A stretch of DNA of 64,000 bases from Methanomassiliicoccales archaeon (GTDB taxonomy: Archaea > Thermoplasmatota > Thermoplasmata > Methanomassiliicoccales > UBA472), in assembly GCA_026394395.1 (NCBI GenBank), contig JAPKYK010000001.1:223940-287939 (forward strand), in the 5' to 3' direction. A program made the position numbers and the translations under genes. Below are positions 1 through 10,871 of this stretch, in pieces. How positions within the stretch are numbered: the stretch's first letter is position 1; every line of letters starts with the position of its first letter. The notes under the pieces are model-generated. The model did not search any database. It worked only from the letters and a program-made list of their open reading frames with translations, and was not told the DNA's origin.

Positions 1-1
1 G

Positions 2-1108
2 CTCCGGGACGCGGAGAGGCCGGTGCTGCTCGTCGGCGGCGGGGCCAGATGGTCCAACGCCTCCAGCGAGGTGCAGAAGCTGGCCGAGATGCTGTTCGCT
101 CCGGTCATCACCACAATAATGGCCAAGGCCATAATCCCCGAGGACCATCCGCTGTCATTCGGCATGATCGGCATGCACGGGCGCGAATGCTCCCGGAAAG
201 CGCTGCTGGAAGCGGACGTCGTATTCGCCATCGGGACGCGGTTCTCGGACCGCACCATCGGCTACGACCAAGAGATGTCCAACGACACCAAGATCATCCA
301 TCTGGACATCGATCCCATGGAGGCGGGCAAGAACCCGCGCACCAAGGTCAGGCTGGTGGGCGACGCCCGCAAGGGCCTGCAATTGGTGATCAAGGGGCTC
401 GGACGCTGCTCCAAGGGCGAGAGCGCCTGGGGCAAGAGGGTGAAGGAGCTCTACGATGGCTGCATCTGCAACATCGACATCGACGAGGAACCGATAAAAC
501 CGCAGAAGGTCATATGGGAGCTGCGGAAGGCCCTTAACCCGGACGCCTACGTGGCCACGGAGGTGGGGCAGAACCAGATGTGGGCGGCCCACTTCATGCA
601 ATTGAAGCATCCCAGCCAGTTCATCACCTCTGGCGGCATGGGCACTATGGGCTTCGGCTTTCCCGCCTCCCTGGGGGTCAAGTACGCCCACCGGGACAAA
701 CAGGTGGTGGACGTGGCCGGGGACGGCAGCTTCCAGATGGTGTTCCAGGAGCTGGCAACGGCCATGAGCGAGGACCTGCCGGTGGTGGTCTGCCTGCTCA
801 ACAACGGCTGGCTGGGCATGGTGAAGCAATGGCAGAAGCTGCAGTGGAACCGCCGCTACAGCGGCACCGAACTACGGTGCAACCCGGACTTCGTGAAGCT
901 GGCGGAGGCCTTCGGGGCCGCCGGGGTCACGGTGACCAGGCCCAGCGAGCTGTCGGAGGCCTTCAAGACGGCCTTCGCTTCCGACGTACCCTTCGTGGTG
1001 GACGTGCGCATCGATCCGGAGGAGGACATGCTGCCCATGCTGCCAGGCGGGGTCAGCAGCGACCAAGGGACCATACGCAACCGCTGCATGTGGAACCAAA
1101 GCCGTTGA
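2..1108 (+). CDS. ilvB: Acetolactate synthase (AHAS) large subunit, C-terminal part; 5' end lies outside the window
   Basis: The frame is open from nt 2 with no stop before the track start at 23. ThDP-binding signature GGMGTMGFGFPASLG ... GDGSFQM ... NNGWLGMV. The gene is immediately followed by ilvC. Confidence 0.85.
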   Translation, partial: LRDAERPVLLVGGGARWSNASSEVQKLAEMLFAPVITTIMAKAIIPEDHPLSFGMIGMHGRECSRKALLEADVVFAIGTRFSDRTIGYDQEMSNDTKIIHLDIDPMEAGKNPRTKVRLVGDARKGLQLVIKGLGRCSKGESAWGKRVKELYDGCICNIDIDEEPIKPQKVIWELRKALNPDAYVATEVGQNQMWAAHFMQLKHPSQFITSGGMGTMGFGFPASLGVKYAHRDKQVVDVAGDGSFQMVFQELATAMSEDLPVVVCLLNNGWLGMVKQWQKLQWNRRYSGTELRCNPDFVKLAEAFGAAGVTVTRPSELSEAFKTAFASDVPFVVDVRIDPEEDMLPMLPGGVSSDQGTIRNRCMWNQSR

Positions 1109-1168
1109 TAGGGTAGAACAATGTAAATAATGAGGATAAAATGCGTCAGAGCATCTAACGGTGATCAT

Positions 1169-2158
<990 letters not shown>

Positions 2159-2205
2159 CGAAACCCTTTTCACCCTTCCACCCTTTCCCTTCATAGGGAG
2201 GGGGC

Positions 2206-2577
2206 ATGGAACGTATTCTTATGCGCACCAGGTATGAGCGGTGGGAGATCGAGCTCAACGACACCGTGGCCGCCTGGAAGATCAACGAGTCGCTGCCGCT
2301 GGAGCGGGAAATAAACGTGTGGGGCGGGGAGATCTATTTCACGGTCCCTGTCAGCAACCCCCTCGAGAACGGCAAGAAGATATTGGAGGAGGGCGAGGTG
2401 GCCTTCTGGCCGGAAGGCAACGCCCTTTGTTTCTTCTTCGGGCGGACACCGGTGTCCAGCACCTCCAAGCCCGAGGCCTTCTCCCCGGTGACCCCGGTCG
2501 GGCGCGTGCTGAACAACGTCAGCGCCCTGGCCGAGCTCCCGGACCGCACCAGGGTGACCCTGGAGCGGGCGGACTGA
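2206..2577 (+). CDS. Cyclophilin-like fold protein (TM1367-like family), function unknown
   Basis: Segments WGGEIYF ... GEVAFWPEGNALCFFFG ... PVGRV resemble the small cyclophilin-like family. This is recognition by eye only. Confidence 0.55.
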   Translation: MERILMRTRYERWEIELNDTVAAWKINESLPLEREINVWGGEIYFTVPVSNPLENGKKILEEGEVAFWPEGNALCFFFGRTPVSSTSKPEAFSPVTPVGRVLNNVSALAELPDRTRVTLERAD

Positions 2578-3933
2578 TCACTCGCTTCCCACCATCTCCA
2601 GGTCGTCGAAGCGTACGGAAGGGGTGATGCAGTTGCGGTGTACCGTGGCGTCGTTTCCTACGGCCCCGACGCGCTTCAGCGCCTGATAGAAATTACCTAC
2701 CAGCAGGCACTGGTCAATGTGTCCCGCGACCTGTCCGTCTCGCACCAGCTTGGCGGAGCGCACCTCCAGGGCGAAGCCTCCGGTGATGTTGTTGACGTCC
2801 GGGGCGGCCAGCTTCTCGATGACCACTCCCTCCTTCATCTCCGAGACCATGTCCTCCACGCTCTTCGTCCCCGCCCTCCACACCAGGTTCATGGGCAGAG
2901 TGACCGCGCCCCGGCGGTACAGGTTCAGGGCGTCCGATGGATCGCGCCGTATGTAGTTGCCGGTGGCGGAGACGTTCCCCATCTGGGCGTGATAGTTGTC
3001 GTAGAGCAGTCCCTTCAGCACTCCCCTCTCCACTAGCGGCTTCTCCCTGGTGGGCGTCCCTTCGTCGTCGAACTTGCAGGAGAGCGAGGAGCGGGGGTCC
3101 CAGGGTTGGTCGCGCAGGTCCACCAGCTTGTTCCCGACCTCCTGTCCCACCAGCTCCCCCCAGGGAGAGCGGTGTCGCAGGGCGTTCTCCCCGTCGAGAG
3201 AATAGCCCACGGAAGCTATGAGCATCTCCGCCAGCTCCTCCGGTGGAAGGATCACCGAGGTGGTCATCTTGCCCTTGAAGTGCTCGGCGTTTTGGGCGTT
3301 CAGGGCCTTCTCCCTCAACCTCTGTCCCATGTTCTGCGTGTCCAGGGCCGACAGCCCTGACGAATAGTAGCTTTCACTGCCCTCGCCGGGGTCCGCCCCG
3401 GTGGTCATGCAGGTGAAGTGGGCGTAGGCCATCGTCCCCTTCTCCCGGAAGGTGGCGCCGTTGGAGTTGGTCAGAGCACGTTCCAATATGGCCACGCGCA
3501 GCTGCCCTCTCGGGACCTTGATCCCCTCTCCGACCGCGTTCACGACCTCCGCCACCTTGTCCCTAAGCATCTCCTGGCTGGCGGTCAGAACCTCTTCCTG
3601 GCTGTTCTCCACGGAGCCTACCGGCTGCGAGAAGCCGGGGAACTTCTTAAAATGAGGGTCGGGACGGGAGAGCCGGGCTAAGGCGACAGCCTTGGCCCCG
3701 CACTCTTCCAGATCGCGCACGGTGTACATTGTGGAGCTGGACTGCCCCAGGCGCCCGTTAAGGGACACCCGCACGGATATGCCCTGGTCCAGCTTCTCCT
3801 CCAGGTTCTTCACCTTGTCGTCATCTATGTAGGCGGTGAGCGAGCGCACGCGGACCAGGTAGGCCTCGACCTCCTTGGCCCCCTCTTCCAGCACCTTGTG
3901 CACCGTCTTCTTGGTCATCCTCTCGAGGTCCAT
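2578..3933 (-). CDS. pmbA: PmbA/TldE-family metalloprotease partner subunit
   Basis: 451-aa TldD/PmbA-fold protein without the HExxxH motif. It directly abuts the TldD gene (stop/start at 3933/3934). Confidence 0.8.
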   Translation of the reverse strand: MDLERMTKKTVHKVLEEGAKEVEAYLVRVRSLTAYIDDDKVKNLEEKLDQGISVRVSLNGRLGQSSSTMYTVRDLEECGAKAVALARLSRPDPHFKKFPGFSQPVGSVENSQEEVLTASQEMLRDKVAEVVNAVGEGIKVPRGQLRVAILERALTNSNGATFREKGTMAYAHFTCMTTGADPGEGSESYYSSGLSALDTQNMGQRLREKALNAQNAEHFKGKMTTSVILPPEELAEMLIASVGYSLDGENALRHRSPWGELVGQEVGNKLVDLRDQPWDPRSSLSCKFDDEGTPTREKPLVERGVLKGLLYDNYHAQMGNVSATGNYIRRDPSDALNLYRRGAVTLPMNLVWRAGTKSVEDMVSEMKEGVVIEKLAAPDVNNITGGFALEVRSAKLVRDGQVAGHIDQCLLVGNFYQALKRVGAVGNDATVHRNCITPSVRFDDLEMVGSE

Positions 3934-5310
3934 TCAATCGCCTCCCAGTACTATCTTGAAGCGACAGTGCGGGCCCCCAGATGAAACGGGGACCCAGTCC
4001 TCGATGCCCTTGCCACAGTACCCGCCGTCCAGCTCGACCTTCTTGCCCATGGCATCGGCCGTCGAAAGGATATTGAGGGCGTTGCCGGTCAGAGTGAACG
4101 AGCGCAGCATATTGGTTATCTTCCCGTTCTCGATGAGGAATCCGCGCAAGGCCTTGGCCTCAAAGCCGCCGCCCACCGGGTCCTCCATGCCGCTGATCAT
4201 GTGGTCGGTGAGCACTCCCAGCTTGACATCGGCGATCATCTCGTCGAGGTCCTGGTCCCCCTTATCGAAGAAGGTGTTGGTCATGCGCACCCACACCCGG
4301 TGGTCGAAGGCCTGGGCCCTCCCGTTGCCGGTCGGCTCCACGCCCATCTCCGCCGCGGTCTCCAACGAATGCATGTACCCGCGGTACACGCCGTCCTGGA
4401 TGACCACCGTGCGCGAGGAGGGCGAGCCCTCGTCGTCGAAGGGGATGCAACCCCTCGCTCCCTTGAACGTCCCGTCGTCCACCATGGTGATGAGGGGCGA
4501 GCCGACCTTCTTGCCCACCATGTCGGTAAGGAAGGAACGCCGCTTGACTATCTCGTCCGCCTCGGACGCGTGCCCCATGACCTCATGGGCCAGCAGCCCA
4601 GAGATGGAGGGGTCGGTTATGCAGGTGACCAGGCCCGAAGGCGCCTTCACCGCCGAGAGCATCTTGATGGCCTCCTTCCCCGTCTCCCGCCCGAAGGCCT
4701 CCAGGTCGGTCTCCTTGACCAGTTCGTAACCGACGGAGCCGTCCCGGATGTCGTAGAAGAACTCGGTACGCCCGGCCTCGTGGGCCACAGCCTCCACCAT
4801 TATTGTGGAACGCACCTCCTCCCAGCTCAGGCGCTTGTCGTGGCTGTTGACCAGCATGTTCTCCCGCACCTCCTCCCGCAGCATGGCGTTGCTGTTGACT
4901 ATGCGCGGGTCTACCCGCTGCGCCCGGTCCATGTCCAGAGCCGCCTGGACCTTCTCGTCCATGCCCACCTTGGAAGGGTGAAGCTTGACCTGGGCCTTGA
5001 GGTCGGCCTTGGCCCCGCCCCGGTCTGGTATGAGCTTGCCCTGGGCCGTCCCGGCCAGAGCGTTGCGGACGGCCTTGGCCGTCGCTTCCATCATGGCCTC
5101 CTTGGACACGTCCACCGTCGTAGCGTAGCCCCAGGAGCCTCGTTTCCGGGCCCTCAGGCACGCTCCCCGCAGTCTGTCCTCCGATATGCGCTTGACGGCG
5201 GCGTCCACCACCGCCACCCCGGTGCTGGTGATCACCTGGTAGCGGGCGTCGCAGAAGTCCGCGCCCTCGGCCCGCATGCGTTCCACGGCCAGTTCCAGCT
5301 GGTCCATCAT
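3934..5310 (-). CDS. tldD: TldD-family zinc metalloprotease
   Basis: HEVMGHASE (HExxxH) motif and typical TldD length (458 aa). Paired with the PmbA-like gene downstream. Confidence 0.85.
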   Translation of the reverse strand: MMDQLELAVERMRAEGADFCDARYQVITSTGVAVVDAAVKRISEDRLRGACLRARKRGSWGYATTVDVSKEAMMEATAKAVRNALAGTAQGKLIPDRGGAKADLKAQVKLHPSKVGMDEKVQAALDMDRAQRVDPRIVNSNAMLREEVRENMLVNSHDKRLSWEEVRSTIMVEAVAHEAGRTEFFYDIRDGSVGYELVKETDLEAFGRETGKEAIKMLSAVKAPSGLVTCITDPSISGLLAHEVMGHASEADEIVKRRSFLTDMVGKKVGSPLITMVDDGTFKGARGCIPFDDEGSPSSRTVVIQDGVYRGYMHSLETAAEMGVEPTGNGRAQAFDHRVWVRMTNTFFDKGDQDLDEMIADVKLGVLTDHMISGMEDPVGGGFEAKALRGFLIENGKITNMLRSFTLTGNALNILSTADAMGKKVELDGGYCGKGIEDWVPVSSGGPHCRFKIVLGGD

Positions 5311-6398
5311 TGGACCACCTTCAGTTCCTTGGCGGCGTCGGTGAGCATCTCGTACCCGTCCTCGGTGATGAGCACGTCGTCCTCGATGCGCACCCCGCCC
5401 TGCCCAGCGATGTACACGCCCGGCTCGACCGTCAGGACCATGCCTGCTTTGAGAATGAAATCGTGGTTCGGGGCCATTCGTCCACCGTCGTGCACCGACA
5501 GTCCCAGCCCGTGCCCGGTGGAATGGATCATCAGCTCCTTGAACTCGCTGGCGTCGATGACCTTGCGGGCGGCGGCGTCCACGTCCTTGCCGTTGACCCC
5601 GGCCTTGATCACCTTGAGGGCGACGATCTGCGCCTCCAGCACTACCTGGTACATGCGCTTCTGCCAGTCCTTGGCCTCCTTGAAGAAGGAGGTGCGGGTG
5701 ATGTCCGAGCAGTAGCCCTCCACCTTGCAGCCGAAGTCGAAGAGGGCGGTGTCCCCGCGCTTGATCTTGATGTCCTCGGCCCCGTGATGCGGCTCCGCCG
5801 AGCTGGGGCCGAAGGAGGCGTTGGTGCCGAAGGCCGACCCGGTGGCGCCCATGCGCATCATGCGATAGTCCAGCTCCGCTGCCGCTTCGTATTCCGTCAT
5901 GCCGTCCTTGAGGATGCGGGGTATCTCATCGGCCACCCGGGAGGCGATGCGGCAGGCCTTCCTCATGCGTTCCACCTCGTCCCTGTCTTTGATAAAGCGA
6001 GCAGCGGACAGCCCGGGGCTGATGTCCACCAGCTCCGCCGAGGGCGCCATCCGCTGGAGGTCCAGATAGTTGTTGTAGGTGATGCCCCAACCGTGTATCC
6101 CGATCTTGCGGAAGTTGCCCAAGATGCCCCCGCCGACCATCTCCCGGTCCTTCTGGGTGCGGTAGGTGAGCACTTCCGCCTTCCCGGCCCGGGCGGAGGT
6201 CTCCTCCAGCTGGGAAGTTATGAGGGTGGAGCGCCCGTCAGGGGTGATGACCCCCAGGCAGCCCTCGAAAAGCCCGAACCTGGTCCCGGTGACGTAGGGG
6301 AACGCCACGTCCAACATCGGCTCCTCACCGTTGACGAGCACGATGGCGTCCAGCCCTTCCTGGCAATTGGAAAAGATCCACTTTACTCGGTCCTTCAT
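5307..6398 (-). CDS. M24-family Xaa-Pro aminopeptidase/dipeptidase
   Basis: Pita-bread metal-ligand motifs DFGCKVEGYCSDITRT, HSTGHGLGLSVHD, VEPGVY and RIEDDV. ATG at 6398 (MKDRVKW); the track start 6407 is GTG. 4-nt overlap with the tldD start. Confidence 0.8.
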   Translation of the reverse strand: MKDRVKWIFSNCQEGLDAIVLVNGEEPMLDVAFPYVTGTRFGLFEGCLGVITPDGRSTLITSQLEETSARAGKAEVLTYRTQKDREMVGGGILGNFRKIGIHGWGITYNNYLDLQRMAPSAELVDISPGLSAARFIKDRDEVERMRKACRIASRVADEIPRILKDGMTEYEAAAELDYRMMRMGATGSAFGTNASFGPSSAEPHHGAEDIKIKRGDTALFDFGCKVEGYCSDITRTSFFKEAKDWQKRMYQVVLEAQIVALKVIKAGVNGKDVDAAARKVIDASEFKELMIHSTGHGLGLSVHDGGRMAPNHDFILKAGMVLTVEPGVYIAGQGGVRIEDDVLITEDGYEMLTDAAKELKVVQ

Positions 6399-6444
6399 CC
6401 CTATCACGAGGGCGAAAAGGGTTTTTCCGTATTTAGGGCTGACC

Positions 6445-7263
6445 TCAGATGCCTATCCAAACGTTACCGGCAATGCGCCTGATGGCGGCGATGGCCGAGA
6501 GCGCGGCCAGATAGCTGGTCGCCGGGTTGGACGGGAAGGGCACGTTGTCCGTCTCGCAGACGATGTGACCGAACTCCCCCCTGACCTCCAGACGGTGGGC
6601 GTTGCAGTCGGAAATGGGATCACACACCAGCTTGACCTTGGTCTTGTCCAGGCCGATGCCGATGAGGGAAATGGTGGCGGAGACGTTGACGTTCTTGGGG
6701 AAATGGGCCACGGCATCACGTGCCGAGCCCTCGAAAAGGATGGTCTTCTGCTTGAGCGAGTTGACGTCCACGCCCTTCGATGTCAGATAGGCATTGTCCT
6801 GGAAGCTCTTGGGCCCCTTTGTGGATACGAGCTCCACGCTGTCTATGACGTCCGAGGAAGCGGAATGCAACCCATCCGTACCGCAGATGGCTCCCGAAGG
6901 TACGTAAAGACGACCGCCCTTGCGCTTGGCCACGTTGAAGCACCTTTCCCTGGTCTCGTCGTCAGCGAAGGCGCCCACGCTCATGACCAGCACGTCCACG
7001 CCCATGCCCAGGACGATGGGGACGTAATGTTTTACAGCGTCCTGCGAGGCGGCTTCGACCACCAGGTCGACGTTCTTCAGGTGGGCCTTGATGCTCTCGT
7101 CGGTGGGGGAGATGAACTTGCCCTTCTTGCACTCCTTGGTGATCTTCTTGGCCCTCTCCTGGTTCTTGTCCGTTATGTAGAAGATATCGAACTCTTCCAT
7201 TTCCTCGATGGCCTCAGCCAGTGTAGTACCGATGGCCCCGCTGCCGATGATTAGGAGTCGCAT
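6445..7263 (-). CDS. nadX: L-aspartate dehydrogenase-like NAD(P) oxidoreductase
   Basis: Trimmed to MRLLIIGSGAIGTTLA (Rossmann fold) at ATG 7263. The C-terminal segment NPATSYLAALSAIAAIRRI resembles the AspDH family. The track's 55-aa N-terminal extension is not protein-like. Confidence 0.6.
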   Translation of the reverse strand: MRLLIIGSGAIGTTLAEAIEEMEEFDIFYITDKNQERAKKITKECKKGKFISPTDESIKAHLKNVDLVVEAASQDAVKHYVPIVLGMGVDVLVMSVGAFADDETRERCFNVAKRKGGRLYVPSGAICGTDGLHSASSDVIDSVELVSTKGPKSFQDNAYLTSKGVDVNSLKQKTILFEGSARDAVAHFPKNVNVSATISLIGIGLDKTKVKLVCDPISDCNAHRLEVRGEFGHIVCETDNVPFPSNPATSYLAALSAIAAIRRIAGNVWIGI

Positions 7264-7390
7264 CGGCGCATAATCGCCTAACCCTGATATAACCTTGTCC
7301 CTCCCCCTCCAGTGACGGTCATGGCTGGCGCTGGCGGCGGTCACCTGTCCCAGGGGATTGGTTAATAATCCGTTCCCCCATGCAAGGCTC

Positions 7391-7795
7391 ATGAGGTATC
7401 GCACCCTGGAGCACACCGCGGACGTCATGGTGGAGGCCTATGGCGCCAACCTCGAGGAGTGCTTCGGCAACGCCGCCTACGCCCTTACGGACCAGATACT
7501 GGACGTCTCCAAGGTCCGCCCTAAGTTGGAGCGGGAGATCCTCGCCGAGGGGCACGACCACGAATCGATGCTCTACAACTTCCTCTCCGAGCTGCTGTTC
7601 GTCTTCGACGTCACCGGCATGGTCTTCTCCAAGTTCACCGTGCGCTTCGATGGCGACAAGGTGGTGTGCCGAGCCTGGGGCGAGGCCTACGACGCCAAGA
7701 GGCATCGCCCCAAGAAGGAGGTCAAGGCCATCACCTACCACATGATGGCCATCGAGCCGGCCACCCCGGCGGTGCGCGTGGTCTTCGACATCTGA
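7391..7795 (+). CDS. Archease
   Basis: MRYRTLEHTADVMVEAYG ... ITYHMMAIE is the classic archease N- and C-terminal signature. ATG at 7391. Confidence 0.85.
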   Translation: MRYRTLEHTADVMVEAYGANLEECFGNAAYALTDQILDVSKVRPKLEREILAEGHDHESMLYNFLSELLFVFDVTGMVFSKFTVRFDGDKVVCRAWGEAYDAKRHRPKKEVKAITYHMMAIEPATPAVRVVFDI

Positions 7796-7870
7796 AGGAA
7801 CGGCCCTTTTCAGGAATCCGAGGCGCATTTTAATAAGGAAACCCTCCGTTATGCCCCACGCCGCAAGTTG

Positions 7871-9001
7871 ATGGCGGGAGAGCGACCGATGGAGTTCGAC
7901 ATGATGGACGAGGCCATGCCGTTCGAGGGCAAGATATTCGTCTCCGACCTGCAAGGCCCGGTCACCGCCAACGACAACGCCTTGGAGATCACCTCCCAGC
8001 TGGTGGAGAACGGCGAGCGGCTGTACCAGGCCCTGAGCCGCTACGAGGACGTGCTGGCCAACGTAGTGCGCAAGGACGGCATCAAGGCCGGGGACACCCT
8101 CCGCCTGATACTTCCGTTCCTCAAGGCCTACGGGGCCACCGACTCCTCCCTGCTGCGACTGTCCCGAGAGGGATTGAAGGTCGTACCAGGGGCGGGCAAG
8201 ACCATGCGCTACGTGCAGGAGTTCATGTCCAGCTTCATCGTCAGCACCAGCTACGAGCATTACGTGGGAGCCGCCTGCGAGGAGATCGGGTTCCCCTTCG
8301 AGAACGCTTTCTGCACCCGCCTGAACATGGACATGTACGAGGTGGAGGAATGGGAGGTGGAGACCCTGCGCAACCTGGCGCGGGAGATCGTGCGCATGCC
8401 GCTCATCAACGTCCCGGGGAACGCCCGCAACGTGCGCGACCTGGAACCGGACGACCGCCTGCTGGTCCGCCGGCTAGAGGAAATATTCTGGACCGAGATG
8501 ACCGACCTGTCCTCCCACCAGTTCATATCCCAGGTCAACCCGGTGGGCGGGGACGAGAAAGCGACGTCCGTAGTGGAGATATGCAAGCGCCTCAGCGTGG
8601 CGCTGGAGGACTGCATGTACGTTGGCGATGGGGTGACCGACGCCCGGGCGCTGCAGGTGGTGCGGCGCAGCGGCGGTCTGGCCGTGTCGTTCAACGGCAA
8701 CCTCCACGCCCTGCAGGAAGCGGACCTGGCGGTGATGTCCGAGAACACCATCGTCACCTCCGTGCTGGCCGAGATATTCTATCGCGCCGGGAGGGACGGG
8801 GTCCTAGAGGCGATGGAGGATTGGGGTCACGATTCCCTGCGCCGCTCCGGTCTGGTGCACGATTACCTGCTCCGGGAGTGCTTCCACTTGTATCCCGAGG
8901 GGCTGCCCGAGGTGCGCCGGGTGAACAAGGACAACATCCAGGAGCTGTTGGGGTCCAGCCTGAGGATCAGGGAGAAGGTGCGGGGAGCGGCCAAGATCTG
9001 A
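7871..9001 (+). CDS. HAD-superfamily-like protein (EhaR-like), function unknown
   Basis: C-terminal HAD motif IV (GDGVTDARAL). The N-terminal motif-I position reads FVSDLQGPVT, with Q replacing the second Asp. Several candidate ATGs exist near the 5' end. Confidence 0.45.
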   Translation: MAGERPMEFDMMDEAMPFEGKIFVSDLQGPVTANDNALEITSQLVENGERLYQALSRYEDVLANVVRKDGIKAGDTLRLILPFLKAYGATDSSLLRLSREGLKVVPGAGKTMRYVQEFMSSFIVSTSYEHYVGAACEEIGFPFENAFCTRLNMDMYEVEEWEVETLRNLAREIVRMPLINVPGNARNVRDLEPDDRLLVRRLEEIFWTEMTDLSSHQFISQVNPVGGDEKATSVVEICKRLSVALEDCMYVGDGVTDARALQVVRRSGGLAVSFNGNLHALQEADLAVMSENTIVTSVLAEIFYRAGRDGVLEAMEDWGHDSLRRSGLVHDYLLRECFHLYPEGLPEVRRVNKDNIQELLGSSLRIREKVRGAAKI

Positions 9002-9096
9002 CCTCCTCTGAGGCCGTCGTCCCGAGCACCCCCTTTCGGCTCTCTGGCGACAAGCACGTCCAAGGTCGGGCGATACGTTAAAATACGCACGCCTAT

Positions 9097-9378
9097 GTGA
9101 CTCAAAACATGACCTCGAAGCTTTTTCTCCGCATCACGCGCCCGCGGCACAGGAGGGTGGGTGATTCCATAATTCCCGACCCGGAAATGCTGGACTACTA
9201 CTTCGAGGAATACCAGCTAGGAGGCGTGACCCGCAGTCTTATACGAGCCGACCCGCCGTCTCGGGGGGTCAGCCAGAAACTGCCCCTGGGTACCGAAGGA
9301 CCCAAGAAGCAGGACGGGCTGGTGGGGCCGCTCGACGTCTGGCTGGTGCACGACCTGCTCAACGATATGATGGACTGA
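9097..9378 (+). CDS. Hypothetical small protein (weak call)
   Basis: This is the only non-shadow ORF in the 9.0-9.5 kb gap. No recognisable motif. Confidence 0.25.
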   Translation: MTQNMTSKLFLRITRPRHRRVGDSIIPDPEMLDYYFEEYQLGGVTRSLIRADPPSRGVSQKLPLGTEGPKKQDGLVGPLDVWLVHDLLNDMMD

Positions 9379-9504
9379 GCCGGACGCCGGTAAGGGGCTC
9401 CCAGCAGGACTAGGGCATCGCCGATAGGAATGGCCTTATTATCAATCTGGATAACAAGCTTGAAATGGTTTAATAGCCTGAAACGATTGTGAGAAAACGT
9501 TCTC

Positions 9505-10566
9505 ATGAGCGATAATGAGGCCGCCAATCATCACGACAGACTATTCCTAGACATGCTCCGCACCCTGCAGAAGGCCGAGGACAACGAATCGGCGCTGCAC
9601 GCGGTCATGGACGCAGTGGCCGGAATGTTCCTACCTGCAAGGGTGTGCTTCGTCCCCGAGGAGCGAAGCGGGTTCACGGCCATGGGCGATAGCGGCCCCT
9701 GGACCGCCGAGGCGCGCCTGCTTCCGGACCAGATGATCAAGCTCCTGCCCTCCAAGAAGGGTTTCGCCGTGGCCTTGAAGAACCGGGGGCGACGCATCGG
9801 CCTGCTGATAGTGGACGGGGTGCGGGAACCGAGGGACTTGGACCAGGCCGTGCCGTTCATACTGGCACTGCCCGACGCCTTGGAACTGTCCCTCAGCAAC
9901 ATCCGCTATATGCAGGAGCTGAACGAATCCCGGGACCAGTTCTCTCGGCTATCTGAATCCCTGGGCGTGGCCAACAAGATCCTGCGGCACGACATCGCCA
10001 ACGAGATGCTGGTCATCAGCTCCTCCTTGGACCTTTACCGGCAGAACAACCGGGAGCGGGACCTCCTGCGGGCCCAGGGGTCCCTGCTGCGCATGCATAG
10101 CATAATCACACAGATGAGGGACCTGGACAGCTTCCTGCTGGCCCGCAGGGAGATGACCGCCACCAGCCTGACCCAGGTGATCAACGCCACGCTGCCCGCC
10201 CTGGAGATGCCCTACACGGTGCAAGGGGACGCTCAGATACTGGCGGACCCGGCGCTCAAGGCGGTCATCGAGAACCTGGTGCGCAATGCCAAGAAGCACG
10301 GCCAGGCCAAAGGCATGGAGTTCGTCATCATCAAGAAGGATGGAAAGGTGGTGTTGGCCGTGCGGGACGACGGGAAAGGTCTGCCGGTCGATCAGCTGGA
10401 CCGCATATTCCAGGAGGGCGTGGCCTTCGGCGAGTCCAAGGGCACCGGCCTGGGCCTCTACCTGGTCAAGCGGACCATGGTCCGCTACGGGGGGAGCATC
10501 CGGGCGGACAACGACCCCCGTGGGGGCGCCCGTTTCGAGCTCACCTTCCGCTCGGTCGAACCTTGA
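9505..10566 (+). CDS. Cytoplasmic sensor histidine kinase (GAF-like N-domain plus HisKA/HATPase_c)
   Basis: H-box LRHDIANEM, N-box ENLVRNAKKHG, G1 RDDGKGLP and G2 GTGLGLYLVKR. No TM segments. No response regulator in the window. Confidence 0.8.
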   Translation: MSDNEAANHHDRLFLDMLRTLQKAEDNESALHAVMDAVAGMFLPARVCFVPEERSGFTAMGDSGPWTAEARLLPDQMIKLLPSKKGFAVALKNRGRRIGLLIVDGVREPRDLDQAVPFILALPDALELSLSNIRYMQELNESRDQFSRLSESLGVANKILRHDIANEMLVISSSLDLYRQNNRERDLLRAQGSLLRMHSIITQMRDLDSFLLARREMTATSLTQVINATLPALEMPYTVQGDAQILADPALKAVIENLVRNAKKHGQAKGMEFVIIKKDGKVVLAVRDDGKGLPVDQLDRIFQEGVAFGESKGTGLGLYLVKRTMVRYGGSIRADNDPRGGARFELTFRSVEP

Positions 10567-10595
10567 TCCAGAGTGATGAAAAAACCCCCTTTCAC

Positions 10596-10871
10596 TTACC
10601 TTTTTCCGTGCACCGTCTCGTTTATCCACTGCACCAATTTACGGTACGATTCTCGGCCTTCCCCGGTCAGCTCGACCTTCTGATGACCATCCTCTTCCCG
10701 CAGGATCACCAGTCCTTTTTCAATCATCCACTCTAGGTATTTACTGAACACATCGTAGTTGGTCCCAATGGCCGTCTGCAGGCGGGTCTTGAGCATCGGC
10801 GATGGCTCATGCCACAGCCTCTCCAGCATCCTGGCCACCACGTAGAGGTCGGGCCGGTCCAATCCCCTCAC
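10596..10871 (-). CDS. Small winged-helix transcriptional regulator
   Basis: 91-aa wHTH-like sequence (KTRLQTAIGTNYDVFSKYLEWMIEKGLV). GTG start overlaps the upstream stop (GTGA at 10868-10871). Confidence 0.6.
   Translation of the reverse strand: MRGLDRPDLYVVARMLERLWHEPSPMLKTRLQTAIGTNYDVFSKYLEWMIEKGLVILREEDGHQKVELTGEGRESYRKLVQWINETVHGKR

Noticed and set aside
4201-5715. Very long alternative-frame and antisense ORFs. Examples are 4201-5715 (+), 17729-19018 (+), 20481-21824 (+), 50271-51905 (+), 44188-45042 (-), 7319-8260 (-) and 41989-42678 (-).
   Set aside because: Their translations are Arg/Pro/Gly/His/Ala-rich low-complexity strings. Each lies opposite or out of frame to a gene with clear family motifs. 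These are typical stop-poor shadow ORFs of high-GC DNA.
9198-9527. The minus-strand 109-aa ORF in the 9.0-9.5 kb gap.
   Set aside because: It is Ser/Pro/Arg-rich with no motif. It overlaps the histidine kinase start and the plus-strand candidate. It is probably non-coding.
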